Shown in pieces: positions 46,375 through 56,888 of a stretch of DNA of 64,000 nt. The translations under genes were made by a program, and so were the position numbers. The notes below the pieces were generated by a model, which saw only the letters and a list, made by a program, of their open reading frames with translations, made no database searches and was not told the origin of the DNA. Source of the stretch: Prolixibacteraceae bacterium (lineage in GTDB: Bacteria > Bacteroidota > Bacteroidia > Bacteroidales > Prolixibacteraceae). Positions within the stretch are counted from its first letter, which is position 1. The number at the start of each line of letters is the position of its first letter. Where the stretch lies: NCBI GenBank assembly GCA_963668595.1, contig OY764876.1:3923554-3987553 (forward strand), in the 5' to 3' direction.

Positions 46375-47406
46375 GTGGAAAAAAAACCTTCGATCCTCAT
46401 TATTTATACAGGAGGAACTATTGGGATGGTGCAGAAAGACTCCGACGGGAGCCTGGTGCCGATGAAATTCGACCAGATTTTGGAAGAAGTACCGGAACTT
46501 AACCGATTGGGATACAATCTGTCTGCAGTAACATTCAATCCGCCGATTGATTCGTCCAACATGACTGTGGCAATATGGACAAAAATTGCCAATACAATCA
46601 AGCGAGAGTATCAGCATTACGATGGTTTTGTGATTCTTCACGGCACAGATACCATGGCCTATACCGCCTCGGCACTTAGCTTCATGTTCGAAAATCTGGA
46701 TAAACCGGTTGTCTTTACCGGCTCGCAGTTACCCATCGGAATTTTACGTACCGACGGGAAAGAAAATCTGATTACATCGATAGAAATTGCTGCTGCTAAG
46801 AAAAATGGCATGGCTATTGTACCGGAAGTCTGCGTTTATTTTGACAATAAATTATTCAGGGGAAATAGAACAACAAAACGACATGCAGATCATTTTAGTG
46901 CATTCGATTCAGTAAATTATCCGCTATTGGCCAAAGCTGGTGTTGAAATCAAATACTATCAGGATGTGATTTATTATCCGGCCAATAAGGGGATATTAAA
47001 CGTGAACTCCAGTTTTGATGAGCATGTGGTGGTTATTAAGATATTTCCGGGAATGAGTAAGGCGGTCTTTGAAAATATGATTGATATTCCAGGATTGAGA
47101 GGAATAGTGCTGGAGTCGTTTGGCGCAGGAAATGTGCCTACTTTTCCTTGGGTAACCAGCCTTATAAAAAAGGCAATTCGGAAGAAAATAGTCGTGCTGA
47201 ATATTACACAATGCCATGGAGGTGCAGTGAATATGGGACAGTATGAAACAAGCTCAGAATTGCTTAAAGCGGGCGTGGTTAGCGGGAAAGACATGACTAC
47301 CGAAGCAGCAGTTACGAAACTTATGTTCCTTTTAGGACAGAGTTTAAGCATGGAAGAATTAAAGATGCATCTCAACAAAAATATGAGTGGGGAAATAAGT
47401 GAATAG
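46375..47406 (+). CDS. ansA: type I L-asparaginase
   Basis: IIYTGGTIGM and HGTDTMAYTA motifs. GTG start. Confidence 0.88.
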   Translation: MEKKPSILIIYTGGTIGMVQKDSDGSLVPMKFDQILEEVPELNRLGYNLSAVTFNPPIDSSNMTVAIWTKIANTIKREYQHYDGFVILHGTDTMAYTASALSFMFENLDKPVVFTGSQLPIGILRTDGKENLITSIEIAAAKKNGMAIVPEVCVYFDNKLFRGNRTTKRHADHFSAFDSVNYPLLAKAGVEIKYYQDVIYYPANKGILNVNSSFDEHVVVIKIFPGMSKAVFENMIDIPGLRGIVLESFGAGNVPTFPWVTSLIKKAIRKKIVVLNITQCHGGAVNMGQYETSSELLKAGVVSGKDMTTEAAVTKLMFLLGQSLSMEELKMHLNKNMSGEISE

Positions 47407-47472
47407 TCCCCCTTGTTTTTCTCATTTTTTTTGTAATTTGCAGCCCTGAAAAAAATAGGTGCCAGACGTTTT

Positions 47473-47560
47473 GGAGAGATGCAGGAGTGGCTGAACTGGC
47501 ACGCCTGGAAAGCGTGTGTACCCCTAAAGGGTACCGAGGGTTCGAATCCCTCTCTCTCCG
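47473..47560 (+). tRNA. tRNA-Ser (anticodon GGA)
   Basis: Hand-folded cloverleaf. Acceptor GGAGAGA/TCTCTCC, 3-bp D stem, anticodon stem CACGC/GCGTG with loop CT-GGA-AA, long variable arm, and T arm GAGGG-TTCGAAT-CCCTC. Confidence 0.93.
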
Positions 47561-47644
47561 CAGGTTTTTTGAAGTTTTGACAATAAAAATCGAGTATAAT
47601 AAATTTAAATTTTTGGAGATTTACTAATTAAAATTAAGACCAAG

Positions 47645-48445
47645 ATGAAAAAACTATTTGCGTTAATAGCAGTTCTCGGGATGCTTTATTTTTCGGCATC
47701 AAAAATTGCAGTTGCTCAGGAAGCAGCAGCAGACTCTACGGCAACTGAACAAGTTGTTGATGTAGCCGCTGATACTGAAGAAGCAACTGCTGCTACTGCA
47801 GAAGAAGGAAAATCACTGCACAGCCAGTTGAAACAAAAATTCATTGAAGGTGGTGCCGGATTTATGTCTTCTGTATTAATCTGTTTGATTTTAGGTTTGG
47901 CTTTTGCTTTAGAAAGAGTTATTTACCTGAATCTTGCAACAACTAATAACAAAAAACTTCTTGCAAAAGTAGAAGAAGCTCTTCAGAATGGTGGTATTGA
48001 AGCTGCTAAAGAAGTGTGCCGCAATACTCGTGGTCCTGTTGCAAGTATCTTCTATCAAGGACTTGACCGTTCTGATGAAGGTATGGAAGTTGTAGAAAAA
48101 ACAGTGGTGGCTTATGGCGGTGTTCAGGCTAGCTTGCTTGAAAAAGGTCTTAGCTGGATCGCTCTGTTTATCGCATTAGGCCCGATGCTCGGGTTCATGG
48201 GAACTGTAATTGGTATGATTGGTGCGTTCGATGCTATTGAAATTGCGGGAGACATCAGTCCTACATTGGTTGCCGGTGGTATTAAAGTAGCGTTGATCAC
48301 AACTGTATCTGGTTTGGTGGTAGCTATTATCCTTCAGATTTTCTACAATTATTGTGTTTCAAAAATCGACAGCATTGTAAATAGCATGGAAGATGCTTCA
48401 ATTTCTCTGATCGACATTTTGGTAAAGCACAATATTAAAAAATAA
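47645..48445 (+). CDS. exbB: MotA/TolQ/ExbB proton channel family protein
   Basis: 266 aa with a signal peptide, an acidic low-complexity linker and three C-terminal TM segments. It is followed by ExbD genes. Confidence 0.85.
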   Translation: MKKLFALIAVLGMLYFSASKIAVAQEAAADSTATEQVVDVAADTEEATAATAEEGKSLHSQLKQKFIEGGAGFMSSVLICLILGLAFALERVIYLNLATTNNKKLLAKVEEALQNGGIEAAKEVCRNTRGPVASIFYQGLDRSDEGMEVVEKTVVAYGGVQASLLEKGLSWIALFIALGPMLGFMGTVIGMIGAFDAIEIAGDISPTLVAGGIKVALITTVSGLVVAIILQIFYNYCVSKIDSIVNSMEDASISLIDILVKHNIKK

Positions 48446-48453
48446 TCAAACCT

Positions 48454-48909
48454 ATGAAAGTTAATAAGTTATTAAATATCGTTCTGTGGGTTGTAATTGC
48501 AGTTTCAGCTGTCTTAATTATATCACTTATATCAAATATTAGTGATAATGACAATGATTCTACAATGGGCACATGGATCAATACCAACTTAACCTGGGCT
48601 TATATTCTTTTGTTTGCTTGTGGTGCAATAGCCTTATTGTTTGCTCTTGTGCAAGTTTTTACAGACAAAGCTGCAATGAAGAATGGATTGGTTACTTTGG
48701 TAGTAATGGGAGTGATTGGGCTTATTTCTTATTCTCTTGCAGATGGAAGTATTCCTCAATTTCATGGAGTTGAAAAATTTGTTGAAACAGGAGATTTAAC
48801 TCCAGCTATTTCAAAATGGATTGGAACCACGCTGTACGGAACATATATTTTGTTCTTCTTTGCCTTGTTGGCAATGGCAGCGTCACCAATTATGAAATTA
48901 TTCAGATAA
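48454..48909 (+). CDS. hypothetical 4-TM membrane protein within the exbB-exbD cluster
   Basis: 151 aa, hydrophobic. Confidence 0.55.
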   Translation: MKVNKLLNIVLWVVIAVSAVLIISLISNISDNDNDSTMGTWINTNLTWAYILLFACGAIALLFALVQVFTDKAAMKNGLVTLVVMGVIGLISYSLADGSIPQFHGVEKFVETGDLTPAISKWIGTTLYGTYILFFFALLAMAASPIMKLFR

Positions 48910-48942
48910 TCTATAGTTGTTTTAACAGGAAAAAATAAAATT

Positions 48943-49521
48943 ATGGCTAAGAAAGTACCTGAAGTACCCGCAGCATCACTGGCAGATATTGCCTTCATGT
49001 TGCTTATATTTTTCCTGGTAACAACCACTATGGATGTGGACAGCGGTTTGGAACGTCGTCTCCCACCTATGCCTCCGGAAGAGCAGGAAAATGACGATAC
49101 TCCTCCGATTAAAGAGCGTAACGTGTTTGTGGTGTTGGTTAACTCAAACGACCAATTACTTGTAGAAAATGAATATATGCCTGTTAGCAAACTTAGAGAA
49201 AAAGCCAAAGAATTTATGGCCAATCCCTATGATGATGCTAATTTGCCTGAAAAAACCATGAAAGATGTACCTTTCTTTGGTGAATGGCCAATTACAAAAG
49301 GCGTAATTTCACTGCAAAACCACGTTGGAACTTCTTACGGAACATATATTGCTGTTCAGAATGAGCTGGTTGCTGCCATTAATGAATTGAGAGAAGACCT
49401 TGCCAAACAAAAATTTGGTAAATCATACGAGAAGTTGGATAAAGATCAGAAAGACGCTATTTCAGAAATTTATCCTTCCAGAATATCTGAGGCTGAACCT
49501 AAAAAAGTAGGAGGAAAATAA
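48943..49521 (+). CDS. exbD: ExbD/TolR family protein
   Basis: N-terminal LADIAFMLLIFFLVTT. Confidence 0.85.
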   Translation: MAKKVPEVPAASLADIAFMLLIFFLVTTTMDVDSGLERRLPPMPPEEQENDDTPPIKERNVFVVLVNSNDQLLVENEYMPVSKLREKAKEFMANPYDDANLPEKTMKDVPFFGEWPITKGVISLQNHVGTSYGTYIAVQNELVAAINELREDLAKQKFGKSYEKLDKDQKDAISEIYPSRISEAEPKKVGGK

Positions 49522-49522
49522 A

Positions 49523-49996
49523 ATGTCAAAATTTAGAAAAAGCGGTTCAAAAGAACTACCTCCAATTTCAACGGCTTCGTTGCCTGATATCGTGTTTATG
49601 CTTTTGTTCTTCTTCATGGTTAGTACGACAATGAGGGAAGTTACAATGCAGGTGAAAATAACATTGCCTGAAGCGACAGAACTTTCTAAATTGGAGAAAA
49701 AATCACTGGTAAGTTATATTTATGTGGGGCCTCCTCACAAACAATACCAGAGAGTTTATGGAGTAGAACCTCGTATTCAGTTGAATGACAAGTTCGCAAA
49801 TACTTCGGATCTTATTGATTATATTGTTGCTGAACGTGAAGCCCGTGATGAGGCTGAAGTTCCATTGATGATTACTTCACTGAAAGTGGATGAATTCACT
49901 AAAATGGGCATCGTGCAGGACATTAAACAAGAACTCCGTAGGGCATCTGCTTTGCACATCAACTATTCTTCCCGTAAAAAGGCGAAATTAGACTAA
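49523..49996 (+). CDS. exbD: ExbD/TolR family protein
   Basis: N-terminal LPDIVFMLLFFFMVST. Confidence 0.85.
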   Translation: MSKFRKSGSKELPPISTASLPDIVFMLLFFFMVSTTMREVTMQVKITLPEATELSKLEKKSLVSYIYVGPPHKQYQRVYGVEPRIQLNDKFANTSDLIDYIVAEREARDEAEVPLMITSLKVDEFTKMGIVQDIKQELRRASALHINYSSRKKAKLD

Positions 49997-50015
49997 TACA
50001 ATTTAGTTAAGATAG

Positions 50016-50046
50016 AAAAAGGGCAGCTTTAGGTTGCCCTTTTTTA
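50016..50046. terminator. bidirectional intrinsic terminator
   Basis: aaaaa-GGGCAGC-tttag-GTTGCCC-tttttt, between convergent genes. Confidence 0.7.
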
Positions 50047-50086
50047 TTGCCTCCCGGAGAAGGCCATTGTTGTATTGTTTGTTTGT

Positions 50087-51055
50087 CTAAAGTTGATGAG
50101 TTTGCTTGTACCAACGCACGAAATTTTCAACTCCCTGGCGAAATGAATACTGTGGACGATACCCGAGAAATTGTTGGGCTTTATCGATGTTGGCAAAAGT
50201 AATATCCACATCACCCGCCTGCATCGGCATTTGTTTAATGTTGGGATTGACTCCGCAAACCTCAAAAATGGTCGCAATCATATCGCGCAATTGTACCGGC
50301 TGATTATTGCCCAGATTGATGATTTCGTACACATTTTCGTGATTAAACAGATAATTGATTGCTCCGATAATCCCGGCAACAGTGTCTTCATAATAAGTAT
50401 AATCGCGAGCTGTACTGCCATCGCCGAACATCGGAATTGCTTTGCCTTCAAGAATCAATCGAGTGAATTTATGAATGGCCAGATCGGGTCGCTGGCGAGG
50501 CCCGAAAACGGTAAAAAAACGCAAGTTGATAATATCTAGTCCATATAAATTGTGGTAGGTGTAATTAATCAGCTCGCCTGCTTTTTTAGTGAATGCGTAA
50601 GGCGAAATCGGATTGTTTACATCCTGTGTTTCGCTAAACGGGGTCTCTTTTGTATTGCCATATACCGACGAGGAAGAAGCAAAAGCCATCTTTTTTACCT
50701 TGTTGGTTCGCATCCATTCCAATATGTTTTGTGTTGCGGTGATGTTGGCGCGAATGTAACCATGCGGATCTTCAATGGATGGGCGAACTCCCGCTTTTCC
50801 GGCAAGGTGAACAACTATGTCGATTGTTTTATCGGAAAGCGCTTGCGAAAGCTCTTCGTATTCAGCAAGATCAAGTTCTGCGAAAGTAAAATCGTTCGAT
50901 TTATTGAGATTCTCCAGATTTCGGAGTTTGACCGATTTGTCGTAAAACGGATCAAAATTGTCGATTCCGACCACCTGATGCCCGTTTGCAATCAATTTCT
51001 CCGATAAATGTGATCCGATAAAACCAGCACATCCGGTAACCAATATCTTACTCAT
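50087..51055 (-). CDS. NAD-dependent epimerase/dehydratase (UDP-glucuronate 4-epimerase-like SDR)
   Basis: VTGCAGFIGSHL Rossmann motif. SSSSVYG and YAFTK catalytic motifs. Confidence 0.85.
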   Translation of the reverse strand: MSKILVTGCAGFIGSHLSEKLIANGHQVVGIDNFDPFYDKSVKLRNLENLNKSNDFTFAELDLAEYEELSQALSDKTIDIVVHLAGKAGVRPSIEDPHGYIRANITATQNILEWMRTNKVKKMAFASSSSVYGNTKETPFSETQDVNNPISPYAFTKKAGELINYTYHNLYGLDIINLRFFTVFGPRQRPDLAIHKFTRLILEGKAIPMFGDGSTARDYTYYEDTVAGIIGAINYLFNHENVYEIINLGNNQPVQLRDMIATIFEVCGVNPNIKQMPMQAGDVDITFANIDKAQQFLGYRPQYSFRQGVENFVRWYKQTHQL

Positions 51056-51076
51056 AAGTTCCGATTTTCAGAATTA

Positions 51077-51766
51077 TTAATTAATCTTTTTCGCTACAGC
51101 ATGAATAATCTTATTCACGAACGGTATTTTCAATCGGTGAAATAAACTCTTCTTATTCATCAAAATTAAAATATTCCGAAGGTAAATAAACATGCTTAAA
51201 CTGTGAGCTGCAAAAAGTACCGGATCGAGACGGAAAACTGCATAGATAAAATTCATTGCAGAACCGGCAATGCTAATCAGCCAGAAGCCCATTGGCAGGA
51301 GCGATTCACTGCGGTTTTCAGAATATACCCACTGGTAAAAGAAACGCGAAATAAAAACGATTTGCGCTGCGATTCCCCAAATCATCAGGAAAAGCGGATT
51401 GTTCTCGTTTTTCAGAAACGTGTCGAGCGTATAATCGGTTTTTGTGAAAAGAAAAACCAGAATGACCGGGGGTGTCAGAAAAATGCCAATACGCAACCAC
51501 AAAGGCATGGTGGTCCAGGCATTTTTAAGTTGAAGGTTGCGGATGTATATAAAATAAACCAACAGTTGCCCGATTAAAATGGCTGCATCGTTGCGCAGAA
51601 TACCGTAAATAAGCATCAGAATAGAACCGGCCAGACTAATTTGCCAAAAAATATTGGGAGAAGTGACTTTGCCTTCTTGTTCTGATTTAAACCATTGAGC
51701 GATGGTGCGGGCAAAAAAAAGTACCTGTGCTCCAAATCCAACCAAATATGTGAGAATGTGTATCAT
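51077..51766 (-). CDS. lipid-A-disaccharide synthase N-terminal domain (LAB_N) membrane protein
   Basis: Two repeats of the Q/W-rich LAB_N-like segment (ARTIAQWFKSE..., SRFFYQWVYSE...). The start is moved to MIHILTY. Confidence 0.65.
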   Translation of the reverse strand: MIHILTYLVGFGAQVLFFARTIAQWFKSEQEGKVTSPNIFWQISLAGSILMLIYGILRNDAAILIGQLLVYFIYIRNLQLKNAWTTMPLWLRIGIFLTPPVILVFLFTKTDYTLDTFLKNENNPLFLMIWGIAAQIVFISRFFYQWVYSENRSESLLPMGFWLISIAGSAMNFIYAVFRLDPVLFAAHSLSMFIYLRNILILMNKKSLFHRLKIPFVNKIIHAVAKKIN

Positions 51767-51899
51767 GAACCTTTTAAATTGACGGCACAAAGATAATAAA
51801 CTTGATTCGCAGCAATAACTTTGCCCGTATTTTCGCGCTTTCGGCAGAAATGTATTAACAATTAATCAGCAAAAGCTGCTTAAAAACTCTTTCTTTTGG

Positions 51900-52604
51900 C
51901 TATAACTGAATGTTGTTTTTTTCGAGAAATACATTGAAATCGTCGCGATAAAATTCGCTGATCGGAATTTTGTCTTTGCCAATGGTAACATGGTTTTTGC
52001 CCAGCGCATCAATTTTTTCAAGCGAAATAATGAACGACCGGTGTACCCGCATGAACTTATTGGGAGGAAGTTCTTCAAGAATGGTCTTCATGCTTTTGTG
52101 GGCAATGATATTGGTGCCATCGCTTTTGCGTATTTTTAGATAATCTTTCAACCCTTCAATAAAAAGTATTTCATCGAAATAAATTTTCACCATCTGGTAG
52201 TTGGCCTTAACAAAAAACGAATCATTTAGATTGATGTTTTTACTGCGGGCATCAACAAGCTCTTTGGCGCGCAAAACCGCTTGCATAAATCGTTCGAACA
52301 GGAAAGGTTTCAGCAGGTAGTCAACTGCGCGGAGATTAAACCCGTCGAGGGCATATTCCGAATAAGCAGTGGTGAAAATCACCAGCGGTTTATTTTCAAG
52401 GCTATTCAAAAATTCAATACCCGTGAGATCGGGCATCTGAATATCGAGGAAAATTAAATCGGGCTTTTCGGTTTGCAAATAATCAATGGCCTTCAGCGCA
52501 CTCGTAAATTGCTGCTGTAAATTCAGAAAAGGCACACGGCTGGCAAAATCGCGGATAATATCCAGAGCCAGCGGCTCATCATCAATTGCAATACATCGAA
52601 TCAT
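51900..52604 (-). CDS. LytTR-family response regulator
   Basis: Receiver domain (IDDEPLAL, FLDIQMPDLTG) plus a LytTR domain (RVHRSFII). Confidence 0.9.
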   Translation of the reverse strand: MIRCIAIDDEPLALDIIRDFASRVPFLNLQQQFTSALKAIDYLQTEKPDLIFLDIQMPDLTGIEFLNSLENKPLVIFTTAYSEYALDGFNLRAVDYLLKPFLFERFMQAVLRAKELVDARSKNINLNDSFFVKANYQMVKIYFDEILFIEGLKDYLKIRKSDGTNIIAHKSMKTILEELPPNKFMRVHRSFIISLEKIDALGKNHVTIGKDKIPISEFYRDDFNVFLEKNNIQL

Positions 52605-53659
52605 GGCTGAAGTTTTAAACTGAAATCAACGGTATATGTTTGCTCACTTTCTTCAATCCGAAGTTTGTATAACCCCGGATAGCGTAAAGTAAGTCGTTTT
52701 TTTAGATTTTCGAGTCCAAAGCCAGAACTTTCGCTTCGTTTTCGCTGAAAAACAGGATTGCTGGTAAACAGGTTCAGACTATCGTTTCGATCGTTGATTC
52801 GTATAATAATTTCAGATGGTTCTTTGTAACTAACTCCGTGTTTAAACGTGTTTTCAATAATCGGGATCAGCAGCATGGGTTCTATCTCCAGCGATTTGTT
52901 GCTCACTTCTTTTTCGTAAATAATCTGCACATCCGAGGCCAGCCGAAGTTTTTGCAATTCAATAAAATTATCGAGGTAGTTGAGCTCCTCGGCCAGACTA
53001 ACTGTTTCGCGGTTGGCCTGGTAAATCATGTAGCGCAGCAGTTCGGAAAGCTTTACAACGGCAACCGGAGCACTTTCTGATTTTTGTACAGTAAGCGAAT
53101 AAATGCTGTTGAGCGAATTGAACAGAAAATGCGGGCTTACCTGCGATTTGAGCAACGATAATTCGGCTTCCAGCTTTTCTTTCTGAGCCTGAGTTTTTTG
53201 TTTTTCTTCGTGTCGCCAGCGCTGGTAAACACACCAGCCGGTACTCATGGCAAAGAAAAAGGTAATCTGGCTGAGATTCCGGAATGTACCCCACATCGAA
53301 AGATGGTAGCCGCGTTCGATAAAACGATGTCTGAAATCGCGCCCGCCGCTATCAAGAGGAGCAGGCGGAAGCAGATGTTTGAATACCCAAATATCGATGA
53401 GCGGTTGAATCAACGAAAACACAGCAAAACACAGCAGGGTAAATATCAGGAACCAAGCAACTCGTTTTTTTTCCAGTGTAGCCGGGATTAATCCGTAAAC
53501 ATTTAAATAGAAATAGGACACAAGTAAAAGCATTTCCTTATTTCTGAAGATGAAACGCGACCATTCGAAAGTTTGTTCGGTGGTCAGATTCGGCAAAAAA
53601 AAGTACAACGACCAGATGGAAAGGTGAAGTAAGATGTTCAGAAAAAGACGTTTGTGCAT
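52601..53659 (-). CDS. LytS/YehU-type sensor histidine kinase
   Basis: TM N-terminus. His_kinase motif SQVSPHFLFNSLNSI. 4-nt overlap with the regulator gene. Confidence 0.88.
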   Translation of the reverse strand: MHKRLFLNILLHLSIWSLYFFLPNLTTEQTFEWSRFIFRNKEMLLLVSYFYLNVYGLIPATLEKKRVAWFLIFTLLCFAVFSLIQPLIDIWVFKHLLPPAPLDSGGRDFRHRFIERGYHLSMWGTFRNLSQITFFFAMSTGWCVYQRWRHEEKQKTQAQKEKLEAELSLLKSQVSPHFLFNSLNSIYSLTVQKSESAPVAVVKLSELLRYMIYQANRETVSLAEELNYLDNFIELQKLRLASDVQIIYEKEVSNKSLEIEPMLLIPIIENTFKHGVSYKEPSEIIIRINDRNDSLNLFTSNPVFQRKRSESSGFGLENLKKRLTLRYPGLYKLRIEESEQTYTVDFSLKLQP

Positions 53660-54003
53660 GCTTGGTCAGAATTTCATGAATACTATTCGGCTTGAGTAAA
53701 AGTACAAGAGCTTTCGTGCTTTCGGAAAAAATATCGATAAAAAAGAAATACTTTTCGACAGTCTGCTGATTTTATGCGAAGGACGTATCTGTTAATCACT
53801 GAATAAAATACACTGTCCTGAGCTGCAACGGAAGAGATGGTTGGTATCGAAAATTGAATATCTTTGCGGAAAATTGAATGAAAGAAGAGTTGCCGGCTTC
53901 CGGAAAAACGGAACTATTGTCCAACCCCGACTGTTCCTTTCTGATGGAGTTTGCTGGATGATGAAAGACTGATAACGTACTTATTTATACTATATAATAG
54001 ACG

Positions 54004-55791
54004 ATGAAGAATATTCGTAATTTCTGTATCATTGCCCATATCGACCACGGGAAAAGCACCCTGGCTGACCGCTTGTTGGAAATGACCAAAACAATCAGCG
54101 AGCGCGACATGACCGCACAGGTACTCGATAACATGGATCTGGAGAAAGAACGGGGCATTACCATTAAAAGTCATGCTATCCAGATGGACTATGAACTGAA
54201 CGGCGAAAAATATGTGCTCAACTTGATTGATACTCCCGGACACGTGGATTTCTCGTACGAAGTATCGCGCTCGATAGCTGCCTGCGAAGGCGCATTGCTG
54301 ATTATTGATGCCTCTCAGGGAATTCAGGCACAAACCATTTCAAACTTATACCTTGCACTGGAGCATGATCTGGAAATTATTCCGATCATGAATAAAATGG
54401 ACCTTCCAAATGCGATGCCCGAAGTGGTGGAAGATCAGATAATCGATTTGATCGGATGCCGTCGCACCGACATTATCCGCGCCAGTGGAAAAACAGGCGA
54501 AGGAGTGGAAGATATTTTGCATCGCATTGTTGAAGTGATTCCTGCACCTCAGGGTGACGAAGAAGCTCCGCTGGAAGCATTGATTTTCGACTCGGTGTTT
54601 AATTCTTTCCGCGGAGTAATCGCCTATTTCAAAATTGTGAATGGCACAATCAGCAAAGGCGATCACGTGAAATTTGTAAATACCAAACACGAATACGATG
54701 CCGACGAAGTAGGCGTTCTTCGGCTCAATATGGAACCGCGTAAAACCTTGAAAGCTGGCGACGTGGGCTACATTATTTCCGGCATTAAAACGGCCAAGGA
54801 AGTAAAAGTGGGCGATACAATTACTCATGTTGAACGGCCTTGCGCAAAAGCAATTGAAGGCTTCGAAGAGGTGAAACCGATGGTTTTTGCCGGTGTTTAC
54901 CCAATTGATGCCGAAGATTATGAAGATTTGCGCGCCTCAATGGAAAAACTGCAATTGAATGATGCTTCGCTTACTTTCGAGCCTGAATCGTCGGCCGCAC
55001 TGGGATTTGGTTTCCGTTGTGGTTTCCTCGGAATGTTGCATATGGACATCATTCAGGAACGACTTGATCGCGAATTCGACATGAATGTGATTACTACCGT
55101 GCCCAACGTTTCGTACCTGGCGCACCTCACCGATGGAAATACGCAGTTGGTGTATAATCCGTCGGGAATGCCGTCGCAAAATGTAATCTCCGAAATTGAT
55201 GAACCTTATATCCGTGCGCAGGTAATTACCAAAACCGACTTCATCGGTCAGGTAATGACATTGTGTTTGGACAAGCGCGGAACACTGATAAAACAGGACT
55301 ACCTGACGACCGACCGGGCAGAGCTGGCTTTCGATCTTCCGCTGGGTGAAATTGTATTCGATTTTTACGATAAACTGAAATCAATCTCGAAAGGATATGC
55401 TTCGTTCGACTATCACCAAATTGGTTATCGTCCGGCCAAATTGGTTCGTCTCGATATTTTGCTGAATGGAGAAATGGTGGATGCTCTTTCAACCTTGATT
55501 CACTTTGATAATGCCTATAATTTTGGCCGTCGCATGTGCGAGAAACTGAAAGAACTGATTCCGCGTCAGCAATTCGATATTGCTATTCAGGCGGCAATTG
55601 GAGCTAAAATTATTGCCCGCGAAACTATTAAAGCTGTGCGCAAAGATGTTACCGCAAAATGTTATGGTGGTGATATTACCCGTAAACGTAAGCTGTTGGA
55701 AAAACAGAAAAAAGGTAAAAAGCGCATGAAGCAGGTTGGTAATGTTGAAGTGCCACAAAAAGCATTTATGGCTGTACTGAAATTGGATTAA
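54004..55791 (+). CDS. lepA: translation elongation factor 4
   Basis: [26 protein letters not shown] and NKMD. C-terminal LepA domain. Confidence 0.97.
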   Translation: MKNIRNFCIIAHIDHGKSTLADRLLEMTKTISERDMTAQVLDNMDLEKERGITIKSHAIQMDYELNGEKYVLNLIDTPGHVDFSYEVSRSIAACEGALLIIDASQGIQAQTISNLYLALEHDLEIIPIMNKMDLPNAMPEVVEDQIIDLIGCRRTDIIRASGKTGEGVEDILHRIVEVIPAPQGDEEAPLEALIFDSVFNSFRGVIAYFKIVNGTISKGDHVKFVNTKHEYDADEVGVLRLNMEPRKTLKAGDVGYIISGIKTAKEVKVGDTITHVERPCAKAIEGFEEVKPMVFAGVYPIDAEDYEDLRASMEKLQLNDASLTFEPESSAALGFGFRCGFLGMLHMDIIQERLDREFDMNVITTVPNVSYLAHLTDGNTQLVYNPSGMPSQNVISEIDEPYIRAQVITKTDFIGQVMTLCLDKRGTLIKQDYLTTDRAELAFDLPLGEIVFDFYDKLKSISKGYASFDYHQIGYRPAKLVRLDILLNGEMVDALSTLIHFDNAYNFGRRMCEKLKELIPRQQFDIAIQAAIGAKIIARETIKAVRKDVTAKCYGGDITRKRKLLEKQKKGKKRMKQVGNVEVPQKAFMAVLKLD

Positions 55792-55807
55792 ACGAACTAC
55801 ACTATAA

Positions 55808-55844
55808 AAAAGCCCTGTTGAGTAAATCGACAGGGCTTTTTTTT
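55808..55844 (+). terminator. lepA intrinsic terminator
   Basis: aaaaa-AGCCCTGT-tgagtaaatcg-ACAGGGCT-ttttttt. Confidence 0.8.
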
Positions 55845-55856
55845 GCTGTTTGTCCA

Positions 55857-55887
55857 TTTATCGAACGAACCCAAGTCGTCCGATAAA
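55857..55887. repeat. REP-like hairpin, TTATCGGACGA family
   Basis: TTTATCGAACGA-acccaag-TCGTCCGATAAA. Confidence 0.75.
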
Positions 55888-55962
55888 CAGCAAAGAACAA
55901 TAATCTGCTTAACAGATGGCCGCTTTTTTTTCTATATTCATCTCCTGAAAAATATTTACGCT

Positions 55963-56826
55963 ATGAAACCAATCCGGTTGGTACTAATCATCGTCTTGCT
56001 TTTCCCTTTTCTGCTGGCAAAAGCACAAGAAACACAAACCGTAAAAATTAATGGAATCACGCGTTCCTATTTGCTGCATTTACCTGTCAATATGAAAAAA
56101 GATGCCCCATTGGTACTGGTATTGCATGGATACGGAGGTACTGCTGATCCAAAAAAGTATGGCATGAACGAGGTCAGCGACAAATATGGCTTTGCAGTAT
56201 GCTATCCTCAAGGCGAAAAAGACGGGCGTGGAAAAAACTGCTGGAATGTAGGCTATCCGTTTCAGTCGGATATGAAAATTGATGATGTTGATTTTTTGTG
56301 CAAACTGGCTAACTACTTACAGAAAAAACACCTTCTGAGTAAAAAAAATACCTTCTGTACCGGAATGTCCAATGGTGGAGAGATGTGCTATGTTCTGGCC
56401 AGTCAACGGGCCGATGTATTTTCGGCAGTAGCACCAATTGCCGGATTAACCATGGAATGGCTTTATAAATCGTGTCCCTGCCCAAAAAATCCAATTCCCG
56501 TATTCGAAGTTCATGGTACCAAAGATAAAACCTCAGCATGGAACGGTGACCTGCAAAACGCCGGAGGCTGGGGTGCTTACATGCCTGTCCCTATCGCCAT
56601 TAACTTCTGGGTTGCCGCCAACCGATGCACTCAGGAAATCACCGATACGCTTCCCAAACTCAATAATGAGAGCGACCATCTGGTTGTCTCGCATAAGTTC
56701 ATTAACGGAATAAATGGACACGAAGTATGGTTATACGAAATCATTAACGGAACCCATAGCTGGGCGAATAAAGACCTGAATACTGCTGACGAAATTTGGA
56801 GTTTCTTTCAAAAATTTCTGAAATAA
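55963..56826 (+). CDS. secreted alpha/beta-hydrolase esterase (PHB depolymerase/feruloyl esterase-like)
   Basis: Signal peptide from MKPIRLVLIIVLL. LVLHGYGG and the nucleophile elbow GMSNGG. Confidence 0.75.
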   Translation: MKPIRLVLIIVLLFPFLLAKAQETQTVKINGITRSYLLHLPVNMKKDAPLVLVLHGYGGTADPKKYGMNEVSDKYGFAVCYPQGEKDGRGKNCWNVGYPFQSDMKIDDVDFLCKLANYLQKKHLLSKKNTFCTGMSNGGEMCYVLASQRADVFSAVAPIAGLTMEWLYKSCPCPKNPIPVFEVHGTKDKTSAWNGDLQNAGGWGAYMPVPIAINFWVAANRCTQEITDTLPKLNNESDHLVVSHKFINGINGHEVWLYEIINGTHSWANKDLNTADEIWSFFQKFLK

Positions 56827-56888
56827 ACTCAGCAAAACTTTAAACCTTTCTTTTATCGAATCCTGACAAATTATAAAAATCTTTCTCC

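Noticed and set aside
47473-47560. tRNA-Ser as an integration hotspot or island border
   Set aside because: Both flanks (ansA, exbB) are ordinary core genes. There is no integrase, no direct repeat of the tRNA 3' end, and no compositional shift.
47645-49996. exbB-exbD-exbD cluster with an extra membrane protein and no adjacent tonB, as something unusual
   Set aside because: As I recall, this arrangement is common in Bacteroidota, and tonB may be encoded elsewhere.
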